A DNA stretch of 64,000 bases from contig OZ024743.1 of assembly GCA_964016885.1 (NCBI GenBank), forward strand, positions 287,308,001 to 287,372,000, given 5' to 3'. This DNA comes from Eledone cirrhosa (taxonomy: Eukaryota). Shown here piece after piece: positions 11,080 to 23,150 of this stretch (positions are counted from its first letter, which is position 1; every line of letters begins with the position of its first letter). Made by a program: the position numbers and the translations under genes. A model generated the notes under the pieces. The model saw only the letters and a list, made by a program, of their open reading frames with translations. It was not told where the DNA came from and searched no databases.

Positions 11080-13908
11080 CATCATCATCATCATCATCAA
11101 CGTTTAACGTCCGTGTTCCACGCTTGCATGGGTTTGGACGGGGGTATTCCCACTTGAGGCAAGAGTGATTGTCTTGCTCGCATAGGACTGTCTGGCAGGT
11201 TTTCTACAGTTGGATGCCCTTCCTAACACCAACCACATTTACAGTGTGGGTCTGGGAGGTTTTTACCGTGTTGCCTACACGGCCACATTACAGCGTGGAC
11301 TGTGTGTTTTTTTGTCGTGACACCTACACGATTTCATTTGTTTCGGCCTCGATGGCGCGGCACCAACATAACTTTACATAGAACAGGGTGGTGTGGATGG
11401 GGTTGGGGTGGGGGTGGTGGGACGGGGTGTATTTTGTTAGAGATGCCTACTGGCTGGAGTAGGTTTTACTATATATTTAGGTAAGGCGGGTCTTCTCTGT
11501 TACTGAGTACCGCCAAAGGTCTCGGTCCAGTGACATTGTCTTGGAGAGGTGTAAGTGTGTGATGTCGGAGTTTATCAGCTCGTCCCAGGTTTTTCTAGGT
11601 CTGCCTATTCCGTGACTACCGTCTATCTTTATTGCCCTGCACTTTGTTATACAGCTATCGACTTTCATGCGCATCACGTGTCCATACCAACGTAGCCTTC
11701 TCTCGAGTAAACAACATCTGATCCCTCTTATCTCTAATTTTTTCCTTAGTTCGTTTATGCTTTGCTGTTCACGTATATTACTGTTACACATCCAGCGGAG
11801 CATGCAAGCTTCGTTCCTCTCTAGTCTGCGTATATCCTCTGCACACAATGCCCAGGTCTCACTGCCATGCAGCATTGCTGTTCGTATGCAGGCATCGTAC
11901 AACCTGCCTTTCATTTTTAGGGAGAACCCTTTAGCAGCTAATAGTGGTATAAGCTCTCTGAACTTTTTCCAACCAGTTCTGACTCTAGCTACAGTACTTT
12001 CAGAGCACCCTCCCCCACTGCTGATTTTATCGCCCAGGTAACGGAAGCTGTCCACTATTTCTATAGAACCCTCTGCGCAATTGAAAGAGCTAGTAGTTTG
12101 TGGGCACTTGCTGCTACTTATTGCACCAGAGCACCGGCCACATGTAAAATCTATGTTCTTAGTTAGCCTACCTGTGATCCCACTACATCTTTTATGCACC
12201 CATACTTTGCATTTAGGACATAAAATGGAGTTTCTACCTACGCCTTTCCTACACACCGAGCACGACCATTTCCCAGAAGGGACCGCCGCCTTGTTTTCTT
12301 TCCTACAAACTAGTACTTTGGTCTTAGCCAGGTTAATTTTAAGTCCTTTTGACTCTAGGCCGTGCTTCCATGTTTGGAATTTCTTCTCTAGCTCGGCCAT
12401 TGATTCCGCTATGAGTGTCAGGTCGTCTGCGTATAGGAGTTCCCATGGGCAGCCTGTCTTGAACTCCTCTGTTATGGCCTGAAGGGCAATAATAAATAGT
12501 AGTGGACTGAGAACAGAGCCCTGATGGACGCCGACTTTTACGCTAAACTCTTCACTATATTCGTTGTTAATTCTAACCTTGCTGACTGTTTCTTTATACA
12601 TGGCTTGTATAGCCCTCACAAGCCATTCGTCAACGCCTAGTTTTCTAAGAGCCCACCAGATAATGGAGCGGGGGACTCTGTCGAAGGCTTTCTCCAAGTC
12701 GACAAAAGCTAAGTAGAGGGGTTTACCTTTAGCTAGGTACTTCTCTTGTAGTTGTCGTACTATGAAAAGAGCGTCTGTGGTACTTTTGCCTGACACAAAC
12801 CCGAACTGCATTTCATCTAGGTCAATTCTCTCTCTGATTAGTTGCGCTATTACTCTTTCCGTGACCTTCATGACCTGGTCGATTAATTTAATGCCTCTAT
12901 AGTTACTCCTATCTAGGGCGTCTCCTTTACCCTTATAACAGTTAACGATGATGCTGCTATGCCAGTCCTTCGGAACAACCCCGTTCTGTACGACTTGGTT
13001 AACTATGCGGGTGACCATGGTGTGTCCCACCGTGCCAGATGCCTTCAGCATCTCAGCAACTATTTCCGAAGGCCCAGCCGCCTTACCAGTCTTCATATCC
13101 TTGATTGCCTTACTTATTATACTCCCCTCGACTAACACTGCTGGTCCCTCTATTGGGTCGATATGGGGGAGACTGCCTTTCTCCCAATTATTCTCCTCAT
13201 TTAGAAGCCTTTCATAGTGACACTTCCAAGCTACCTTCTTATCAGCGTCGGTGATGGCAAGTGTGCCATCGTCGTTTAGTACACACTTCTCCCCGACAAT
13301 ATCACGGTTTTCCTTGACGCATTGCCTAGCAATCCTGAACACCTCACGTTTTTGGTCATCGCGTTGTAGAACATGCTTGAACTTTCTTTCCTCAGCCTCC
13401 CTTCTTGCTAAGTACACTTGTCTCCTAGCTTCCCTCCTGGCCACTTGATAGTCCTCTCTACTTCCCCCATCCCGCCATACTTTCCAAGCCTGCTTTTTGG
13501 CCTTAATTGACCCCTCCACCTTACTGTTCCACCACCATGTTACTCTCCTCCTGCCTACAGGCCTGCTCCAGCCACAGACCTCGTCTGTCGCCAACAGCAG
13601 GTTTGCTTTCAGAAATTCCCACTCTCCCTCTATATTGTCCGACTCTAAATGTTCTTCCTTACTGTCGAAAGCATCAAGTAATATGCTTTGAAATTTATTC
13701 CTGGCTGTGGGGTCCTTTAGCTTCCATATTTTCCTCCTGAGGATAGTCCTCTTCTGTTGTCGAGTACGTCTCGTCCTGACTATGAGGTCGCTAATTATCA
13801 GTCTATGTTGGGAGGTGCATTCTTCATGGGGGAGGGATTTAGTGTTAACAACAGACACTCTGTCACGTCTTCTGGTAAGGATATAATCTACCTGGCTTGT
13901 GTGTTCCC

Positions 13909-13912
<4 letters not shown>
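11080..13912 (-). mobile_element. Young 5'-truncated RTE LINE (family A) with ~400-bp 3' UTR and (TGA)n tail
   Basis: Intact frame. The tail GGACGTTAAACGT(TGA)n sits at ~11080, next to an older plus-strand RTE fragment (10955-11079). The 5' end runs into (TA)n at 13913. Confidence 0.95.
11477..13912 (-). CDS. RTE ORF: APE endonuclease C-terminal part, reverse transcriptase, PHD-like Cys/His finger, RTE C-terminus (5'-truncated, no true start codon)
   Basis: SQVDYIL (APE), NYRGIKL, QFGF, AFVDLEKAFDRVP, GVHQGSVLSPLLF, LLYADD, FRYLG, RRLRWYGHVMRM. The frame stays open upstream of the 13858 ORF call to the TA tract. Confidence 0.93.
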
Positions 13913-13960
<48 letters not shown>

Positions 13961-14084
13961 ATATATATATATATGTATATATAAATGAAAGGTATAGAAA
14001 ATATGTATATATATATATCATTTCTGATTATTGCATTTCGCTTCACTTTTCCTACCTGCCGAAAATGCAATTCTTGCTGAATCT

Positions 14085-14428
14085 TTCATTTCATTCATTC
14101 ATTTCATTTTACGTTCGCTTTTCCCTGCTTGCAAGGGTGGGACGGGAACTGATTCTGGCTTGATTTCTACAGCTGGATGCCCTTCCTAACACCAACCTCA
14201 TTTACAGTGAGTGCTGGGTGCTTTTTGCCGTGGCACCTCCACGACCACTTTACAGTGGAATGATAGGGACCCCAGTCCCTATCATCTCATTTCTACAGCT
14301 GAGTAAACTGGAGCAATGTGAAATAAAGTGTCTTGCTCAAGGAAACAACACATCACCTGGTCTGAGAATTGAACTCACAATCTTTCGATTGCAAGGCCAA
14401 TGCTCTAACCACTAAGCCATATGCCTCC
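14085..14428 (-). mobile_element. tRNA-derived SINE with RTE-derived 3' tail
   Basis: A box TGGCTTAGTGG, B box GTTCAATTC, CORE-like TTGAGCAAGACACTT. The last ~45 nt are nearly identical to the RTE end at 395-440. A near-identical copy lies at 43493-43835. Confidence 0.9.
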
Positions 14429-14958
14429 TGCATACATACATAGACCACTCTTCTTTCCTTTACTTTTACTACGGAAATACATAATATATATATATATATA
14501 TATAAATAAAGATTCAGCGAGAATCGCGTTTTTGGCGGGCAGGAAAAGTGAAGCGAAACGCAAAAATCAGAAATGATACTGGCAAAGTGCTCATTAGTTA
14601 AAAACCAGAGCTAAACAATGTGTTAAGAAGCCATACAAAACTGAAAAGATGGTCAAGAAAGCATTAACCACCCAAGCCAAAAACCAAATCAAGCCAAACA
14701 GGTCAAAACAAAATAAATAATAAAAAATAAGTGATAAGGTATTTATATATATACAGAGCTCAAGCCCAAGGCTTGAGCTCTGCCGTCGGGGTCATACTTG
14801 TTCCTATTACCCACTCTACTACCCTCAGTATTGAGTACTTTGGTGCGTTATAGTCCATCTGGTTCCTTACCACAGTTCCTTCGTTATATATATATATATA
14901 ATATATATATATATAGTTGTAATAAAATGAAAACGAAATTTCATTTCTCACTCTTAGT

Positions 14959-15014
<56 letters not shown>

Positions 15015-15019
15015 CTTAC

Positions 15020-15096
<77 letters not shown>

Positions 15097-15149
15097 TAAA
15101 CAAATAATGAATAAACAATGAGACTGTTCCTTATATTAAACAAAAAAAG

Positions 15150-15303
15150 TTCATTATTTAACGATCGTTTCTAGGATATATATGTGTTAGAATTGGCATG
15201 CATATTCAACAGATCTATGTACAAAATTATACAAAATTATACAAACTATCAAGATTAAATATACATACCAACACATATATACGCCGTCTTCAGAAATAAT
15301 GAA
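15150..15303 (-). ncRNA. Hammerhead ribozyme in the inverted pLTR
   Basis: Reverse-complement copy of 21747-21900. Confidence 0.8.
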
Positions 15304-15862
15304 GTATATTTATTGATAATAACAACAATTCAAAATTTCAGGTCCGTTTGGGAACAAAATTGACCAATGAAAACACAAAGGGTTAAATGCAGTTCGGTGT
15401 GTGTATATACATGTAAAACCCTTACACATATTTTACAAAAATGTATGTATAATTTGTATACGCATACTAAAAGGATGGATGCAAATACAAAATTTCAAGG
15501 TTAATGTCTCTGTAAGTTTATAATGCACAGATAAGATGCGTATAGACACACAGATATGAAATTAAGTATATAAATATATTTTTTCATACTCACACATATC
15601 CGTACAATCACACATACACGCGCGTATATGCATAAATATACACATAACCACGAACATACAAACACACACACACCCCCACTCACATTTATATATGTGGATA
15701 TAAAATCATAAGCACATGGATATTAATTCACTCACATAAACACTGGCACACACATTTAGATCAAGATACAGAAATTAGGTGGGAGGGGGGGGGGGGGGAG
15801 AGGTCAGTATTCAACGGTCTGAGCAGACTGCCTAATATAGACGGTCTGAGCAGACTGCCTAA

Positions 15863-17686
15863 TCAGATATTGGAATAATTAGCAAAAAAATTTTAGATAG
15901 AGTCATCCCACAAATAAGAAAACACGTTATTTTACCACTCTGGGAAAACACCTCCCAGGTAATTAACTGGTTTAAAAATATTAGGTGTAAATCTTCTGCT
16001 TCATTCCTACAATTTGATATAGATAATTACTATTCTTCTATATCACCTATACTCCTGAACAAAGCATTGATATTTGCTAAAAATAGATCTAACTTAACTT
16101 TGGATGACATTAATATTATTACACATGCTAGACTAACACTTATTGAATTTCAGAATGAATACTGGACCAGAAACACATATAGTAATCTTTTTGATATTAC
16201 TATGGGTTCAAGCGATTCCGCCCAAATTACTGATCTTGTGGGCCTCTTTCTCCTTTTCAACATAAATGCCTCTTTTCCCCACCTCAAAGGTGGTTTATAT
16301 CGTGATGACTGTCTTCTTCTTTCTAACAACCTTAGCCTTTCAGAAATTGAAAAAAACAAAAAACATATTAGAACTTTCCTTAAAGACTATTATAATCTTA
16401 ATATTACTTTTGAAAAAACAAGTAAAGTAGTAAATTTCCTAGATATAACTTTAGATTTAGCTACGGGTATCTACCAACCTTACCATAAACCTAACCAAAA
16501 CTTACATTACATACACTCACAATCTAATCACCCTAAATCTATCCTTAAAAACCTTGCATATAATATATCACTTAGAATTTCTAACCTTTCTTCTAACCAA
16601 GATGTATTTGATAAAAATGCGACCTTCTATAACGAAGCTCTAGATAGAAGTGGCCACAAAAATAGATTAGAGTATATACCTTCTACTAAAAATACTGAAA
16701 GCATACAACATAATATTACCAACAAACACCAAATGAAAAGTACACACCTAAATGCCACCCACACTATACCCCAAAATACCAAATCTTCTAATATAAAGTA
16801 TAGTAACTCTCAAAAAACTACTCATCATACAACTCTAATAAATATTAATAATAAAACTCCTAATAAAAAGGATAAAACACCTAAATCTACAAATATAACT
16901 AAAAATGGTTGTGGTGAGATCATTAACATTAATCCTCCTAGTAAAAATCACGATACAACCTATAAAAATAATAAAAATAATAAACAACATAGAAACCGTA
17001 ATAGACGGGTTACTTGGTATAATGCTCCATTTAATTTACAAGTTAAGGATAATATTGCTAAAAAAATTTTTTATATCCTTGAGAAAAACTTCCCGCCAAA
17101 CCACAAATACCATCAAATCTTAAATAGGTCTACAGTTAAATTCTCATACTCTACAACAAATAACATAAAACAAAATATAAGTGCCTATAATGCATATAAA
17201 TGTAAGAAAACCATAAGTATACCACCAGTACATCAAATTAACCATAATATCTCCTCAAATACAGAATTAACGAAAGGATGTAACTGTAGAAACAAAGCAA
17301 ACTGCCCATTAAAAGGGAATTGTCTTGTTAACAACATAGTCTATAAATGTAATGTTAAAACTAAAGATTCTATTTGCTCATATATAGGAGCTACCTCTAA
17401 CAATTTTAAGACAAGGTTTAATACCCACAAGCATAGTTTTAAAAATGCCGCACTGGCTAATACAACATCTCTAGCAGAAAAAATCAATAGTTATAAAAAT
17501 AAGAATATAGAATATGATTTGACCTGGAGTGTGCTCAAAAGAGCCACCCCTTATCAAAATAATAGAAATGAATGTAGATTATGTTCCCAAGAACTATTTG
17601 AAATAATGAAGTCTAAGGATATCTTATTAAATAAACGACAGGAATTAATTATATCGTGTAATCATAAACTAAAAAAAAACATTTAA
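15863..17686 (+). CDS. Penelope-like reverse transcriptase + GIY-YIG endonuclease (Naiad-like), 5'-truncated
   Basis: Frame open from 15863 (SDIGIISKKILD...LQFDIDNYYSSIS), MGSSDSAQITDLVGLFLL, GLYRDDCL, VNFLDITLDL, YIHSQSNHP, CNCRNKANCPLKGNCLVNNIVY...SYIG...FKTRFNTH...CRLC...LLNKRQE...CNH. Confidence 0.92.
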   Translation, partial: SDIGIISKKILDRVIPQIRKHVILPLWENTSQVINWFKNIRCKSSASFLQFDIDNYYSSISPILLNKALIFAKNRSNLTLDDINIITHARLTLIEFQNEYWTRNTYSNLFDITMGSSDSAQITDLVGLFLLFNINASFPHLKGGLYRDDCLLLSNNLSLSEIEKNKKHIRTFLKDYYNLNITFEKTSKVVNFLDITLDLATGIYQPYHKPNQNLHYIHSQSNHPKSILKNLAYNISLRISNLSSNQDVFDKNATFYNEALDRSGHKNRLEYIPSTKNTESIQHNITNKHQMKSTHLNATHTIPQNTKSSNIKYSNSQKTTHHTTLININNKTPNKKDKTPKSTNITKNGCGEIININPPSKNHDTTYKNNKNNKQHRNRNRRVTWYNAPFNLQVKDNIAKKIFYILEKNFPPNHKYHQILNRSTVKFSYSTTNNIKQNISAYNAYKCKKTISIPPVHQINHNISSNTELTKGCNCRNKANCPLKGNCLVNNIVYKCNVKTKDSICSYIGATSNNFKTRFNTHKHSFKNAALANTTSLAEKINSYKNKNIEYDLTWSVLKRATPYQNNRNECRLCSQELFEIMKSKDILLNKRQELIISCNHKLKKNI

Positions 17687-18164
17687 ATATTATAAACCTA
17701 ATTAATAACATTATTTTAGAAATTAATTTAATTTAAATGTTAGTTAACCTATAAATTTAATTTAATTAAAATTTTATTACAGATGAGAATATAAAATATT
17801 ATGTAATCATAAATTGTGATAAACCTTTAAATATTACTAATATATACTTAGTAATTTAATTTATAGATTAATTTTAATTTATTTAAACCTTTTATTATCA
17901 TTCTTTTACAGATAAAATATAACATAATAATATCGTGTATCCAATGACAGAGAAATAATTTTTAGTATTATAGACCTAATTAATATACATTTTAGAAATA
18001 TATTTATAATTTGGTTTTAATTTTAATCAACCTAAAAATTTAATTTAATTTGCTTAAAATTAGTATCCTTATACAGACGAATTGCAGAATGTCATGTAAT
18101 CATAGAATGGGATGTGTTTTGGATATATACCTAGTTAATATATTCTATGCAATTTTTTGAAAAA

Positions 18165-18264
18165 AATATGTATATGTATATGTGTATGTGTATGTGTGTG
18201 TGTATGTATATGTGTATATATGTATATATATATATATGTGTATGTATATGTATATATGTATGTG

Positions 18265-18295
<31 letters not shown>

Positions 18296-19054
18296 TAATT
18301 TTGATTTCTATTTGCATATAATTATATTCTGCTATTGATAAAATACAATATCTGTTTTATTTATTATATACCTAATTAACATATACTATAGAAATAAATA
18401 TATAATTTTTAATTTAGTTAACCTATAATTTATATTCTACTACCGATGTAATACTTTATTTGTTTTTTTCCCTATTACTAAATTCATTTCCTAATATTGA
18501 TACCATAACGTTATTAACTTTAATTTAGTTATACTATAATTAATACTCTACTACTATTTAACTTCAAAATTCTGCTTCAAATATTATAAACCTAACTAAT
18601 TTACACCTTAGAAATCAATATGTTAACTATCTTTGGTTTAGTTAACATATAATTAATGGTATACTTGTTTATTTTGAGATGCATAGATTTTGCCTTATTT
18701 CTTGTTTATTGTATTTCCTAACACTGAAACTATGTAAAAACATACATTGGATCAAGATACGGAAAATATTCTATGTTTCTTGAAACATATATTTACTATG
18801 ATCCCCTTCTCCAAACCCCCCCTTTCCCCCATACTATTATCATCTGTATTTGTAAGCGTGTGTGTATGAATATATATGTAGGTAGGTGTCTATATATGTT
18901 TGGGTATTTATATCTGAATATAAAAATACATATATGCGCATGCAAATATGAATGTAAGATTGTGTGTGTATATATGAGTGTGCGTATGTATGTATATATG
19001 TGTATATATGCATGTGTATATGTATGTGTATGTGAATGTGTGTATATGTATGTG

Positions 19055-19090
<36 letters not shown>

Positions 19091-19349
19091 TATGTATATG
19101 TGTATATATATGTGTATATATATATATATGTATATATATATGTGTGTGTATGTATGTGTGTGTATGTGTGTTGTATATATATGTATGTCTCTCTATTTAT
19201 ATGTCTATCTTCGTATCTATGTGAATATATGTGTGTGTGTGCATGTATACACATATATGTGTTTATGTGTATATGTGTGTATGTGTGTATATATGTGTGT
19301 GTGCACACACATATATATGTGAGTGTGTATATGTGTCTGTGTATATGTA

Positions 19350-19395
<46 letters not shown>

Positions 19396-19453
19396 TGTCT
19401 ATGTGTGAATATATGTCTATATTCGTATGTGTGTATATATGTATGTATATGTT

Positions 19454-19514
<61 letters not shown>

Positions 19515-19742
19515 TATTATTATAATATAACTTATGTGTATGTGTGTATATGTGAGGGTGTGTAAGTGTATATAATATGTGTATATATAAGTGTAAAAAA
19601 ATATATATATATGTGCATGCCTGTTTTTTATGTGTGTGTATATATATATATATACGTGTGTATATATATGTATATGTGGGTGTTTGTATGTGTATTTATG
19701 GTGGTATGTGTATGTGGGTATGTATATATATGTGTGAATGTA

Positions 19743-19789
<47 letters not shown>

Positions 19790-20139
19790 GTATATCTCTA
19801 TTAATGCGTGTGTATATATGTATATGCATATGCCTTTTTATTTTTTATTTGTATGTCTGAGTTGGGTGAGGTTGTAGTGGTGTTTCTATGTATATACGCA
19901 TATATGGATGCGTATGTATTTGTATATATGAGTATATGTAAGTGCATATGTATGTATGATTATATATCTAATTCTATGTATGAATATACATGTATATATA
20001 TGTGTGTATGTAAGTTGTGTGTGTATGTATGTATATGTCTATGTGTCTATATATATATGTATGTATATCTATGTATGTGTATGTATGTACATGTATGTCT
20101 ATGTATGTGTGTATGTATGTGTGTGTGTATATATATATG

Positions 20140-20195
<56 letters not shown>

Positions 20196-20425
20196 TGTAT
20201 ATATCTTTATTATTTATTTTTTATATATATGTGTGTGTGTGTATGTGTGTGTGTGTGTGTGTGTATATATATCTTTATATATGTGTATGTGTATGTTCGT
20301 GTAGGTGTATGTGTGTGTATGACTTTATATGTATGTGTGTATGTGTGTTTGCGTATATATTTCTATGTGTGTGTACATCTATGTATGTGTGTGTATGTGT
20401 ATGTGTGTGTATGTGTATATGTATG

Positions 20426-20486
<61 letters not shown>

Positions 20487-20824
20487 ATATATATATATAT
20501 ATATCTATATGTTTTTCTATTTGTATATGTATGTGTGTATAGGTATATACCTTTCTCTTTGTATGTCTAAGTTGTGTGATAGTGTAGTGGTGTTTGTATG
20601 TATATACCGATATATAGATGCGTAAGTATTTGTCTGTATGTATGTATGTAAGTCTGTATATATTTGTGTGTGTATATATAGCTATGTATGTGTATATCTG
20701 TATGTATATTAGTATGTAAGTGTTGTATATGTGCATGTATGTGTGTGGTTATATATATGTGTGTCTATATAGTATGTGTGATTATATATGTGTGTGTATA
20801 TGTATGTGTATATGCATATATATG

Positions 20825-20879
<55 letters not shown>

Positions 20880-21115
20880 ATTTGTATGTATATGTGTATA
20901 TGTATGTATGTGTGTATATGTATATGTTTATATATGTGTGTGTATGTATGTTCTTAGTGTGGATGTGTGTATATGTATGTATGTGTTTGTATATGTGTGT
21001 ATATATATATGTATGTGTGTGTGTGTGTCTATGTGTATATATATGTATATATATATGTGTATGTATATATATATATATATATATGTATGTGTATATATAT
21101 ATATATATATATATT
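18165..21115. repeat. Degenerate TA/TG microsatellite tracts between the PLE ORF and its pLTR
   Basis: Mostly (TA)n/(TG)n/(TATG)n mosaic. An internal ~90-bp block at ~19848 is repeated at ~20558. Confidence 0.9.
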
Positions 21116-21746
21116 TTCTTGATATATTTCTTTTTTCTTTTTTCTTTCTATTCCTTCCTCTTTAATGTTTATTTATTATTTATTATTTTTTATTTTCTTA
21201 GTTTATAGATACATCTATATTAGGCAGTCTGCTCAGACCGTTGAATACTGACCTCTCCCCCCCCCTCCCACCTAATTTCTGTATCTTGATCTAAATGTGT
21301 GTGCCAGTGTTTATGTGAGTGAATTAATATCCATGTGCTTATGATTTTATATCCACATATATAAATGTGAGTGGGGGTGTGTGTGTGTTTGTATGTTCGT
21401 GGTTATGTGTATATTTATGCATATACGCGCGTGTATGTGTGATTGTACGGATATGTGTGAGTATGAAAAAATATATTTATATACTTAATTTCATATCTGT
21501 GTGTCTATACGCATCTTATCTGTGCATTATAAACTTACAGAGACATTAACCTTGAAATTTTGTATTTGCATCCATCCTTTTAGTATGCGTATACAAATTA
21601 TACATACATTTTTGTAAAATATGTGTAAGGGTTTTACATGTATATACACACACCGAACTGCATTTAACCCTTTGTGTTTTCATTGGTCAATTTTGTTCCC
21701 AAACGGACCTGAAATTTTGAATTGTTGTTATTATCAATAAATATAC

Positions 21747-21900
21747 TTCATTATTTCTGAAGACGGCGTATATATGTGTTGGTATGTATATTTAATCTTG
21801 ATAGTTTGTATAATTTTGTATAATTTTGTACATAGATCTGTTGAATATGCATGCCAATTCTAACACATATATATCCTAGAAACGATCGTTAAATAATGAA
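21747..21900 (+). ncRNA. Type I hammerhead ribozyme with ~115-nt extended stem II in the pLTR
   Basis: UUCAUUAUUU-CUGAAGA(21757-21763)-long stem II (UAUAUAUGUGUUGG/CUAACACAUAUAUA)-GAAAC GAUC GUU(21890)-AAAUAAUGAA. Stem I is a perfect 10 bp. Confidence 0.82.
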
Positions 21901-22093
21901 CTTTTTTTGTTTAATATAAGGAACAGTCTCATTGTTTATTCATTATTTGTTTAATATTTTATCTTGACTCTGTATACCGTTTATCTTTCACCGAAAGTGA
22001 TTTTTCATTACATCTCTTCTTTCCATGATATCCGGAATACATTGAGTTCTTCATACGGATTGGACACTACCGTAAACTCTTGGTAGATTTATC

Positions 22094-22142
<49 letters not shown>

Positions 22143-22167
22143 ATAGAGGTGTAACACACAAGTTATG

Positions 22168-22351
22168 ATATATTGGTAAAAGGAAAAGAAAATGCTGACA
22201 AATTGTTCCCAGTGAAAAATAGTTTCATTAGGAATAAGTAAAAATTAGTAATAGTATTGGTTAGTAATCAATACTATTACTAATTTTTACTTATTCCTAA
22301 TGAAACTATTTTTCACTGGGAACAATTTGTCAGCATTTTCTTTTCCTTTTA

Positions 22352-22360
<9 letters not shown>
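22168..22360. repeat. Perfect palindrome, 92-bp arms, 9-nt loop, between (TA)n tracts
   Basis: 22168-22259 is the exact reverse complement of 22269-22360. Confidence 0.95.
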
Positions 22361-22389
<29 letters not shown>

Positions 22390-23136
22390 GTATTAAATTA
22401 ACAATGAAAATAAAAACGACTAAGTCAAGTTATTTTACCTATTCATATCATTGTTTTCTGATCGTTTCGGAGGGCCGACCGTATTGTCATATTGTTTGAT
22501 CTATAGCAGGTATATAATCCAAGATTTAAAAAAAAACGACAAACACAGACAACAATTACACAAAGTCTTATTATTTCACATTTGTGGGAAAAGGAAAAAG
22601 TATGTCTCAACATATCAGTAGTGAGTTCTTCATTAGGAGAGAGTAAAGTTAGGATAAAGAGGAGGCTGGAAAGTTGAAAAAAAAATAGGAGATAAAACGG
22701 GAGGGGGTCATCAGGAGTGCAGAAGGAAACAGGAGTGTAGGGGTGTATGTATTCTTGTATGAGGGTGTTTATGTAGTTGTAGCAGCAAAGCATTTGGGTC
22801 TATTAGTGGTGCTGGTATGTGTAAATGGTTGTGGTGCATTGTGTAAGTATCTTTGTTCCAGGTGAATGTCTTTCTGTATGTGTGTGTTAATCTAGTTGTG
22901 TGTATATGTGCATACATCAGGTGTGTGTGTTTTGCATGTGTACACATACACACATATATATTTATTTCCAATCCTACATGTACATACACATATATATGTG
23001 TGAGAGTATACATGTGTGCATAAATTAGCATATGTACATGTATGTATGAATGTTTTCATTTAAAAAAATGTGATGTAAGTTCCTTTCTGGGTTAATTTTA
23101 AAAAAAAAGTTAATTTTTCTTCTTGAACTGAAGTCT

Positions 23137-23150
23137 TCACATATCATCAT
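23137..23150 (-). CDS. Putative last coding exon (YDDM-stop)
   Basis: TCTTTTACAG acceptor, then AT GAT GAT ATG TGA. Phase matches the PAN exon donor. Confidence 0.55.

Larger units (their letters stand above)
15088..22097 (+). mobile_element. Penelope-like element (Naiad-type), 5'-truncated, with inverted pLTR, inserted in (TA)n
   Basis: RT+GIY-YIG ORF. 15088-15841 is the reverse complement of 21214-21962, with only the G/C run length seen to differ. 3' tail 21963-22097. (TA)n on both sides. Confidence 0.88.

Noticed and set aside
11667-13740. Plus-strand ORFs overlapping the RTE
   Set aside because: They are antisense shadows of the RTE ORF with no independent coding signal.
14350-14428. 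tRNA gene
   Set aside because: The A and B boxes belong to a SINE head. There is no complete cloverleaf, and it continues into a SINE body.
15863-17686. Selenoprotein-type Naiad (in-frame UGA recoding)
   Set aside because: There is no in-frame TGA in the preserved 608 codons, and the ORF ends in TAA.
18135-21208. Many long ORFs rich in Y/I/C/V/M or H/T
   Set aside because: They are translations of TA/TG microsatellite, which lacks stop codons in several frames. The same applies at 43.8-47.3 kb, 51.2-51.6 kb and 63.6-63.9 kb.
22290-22720. Hammerhead-like cores (CTAATGA...GGAAC...GTC at ~22298; minus-strand CTAATGA at ~22636 and CTGATGA at ~22714)
   Set aside because: Catalytic positions are altered or the stems cannot be closed. 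Probably decayed relics.
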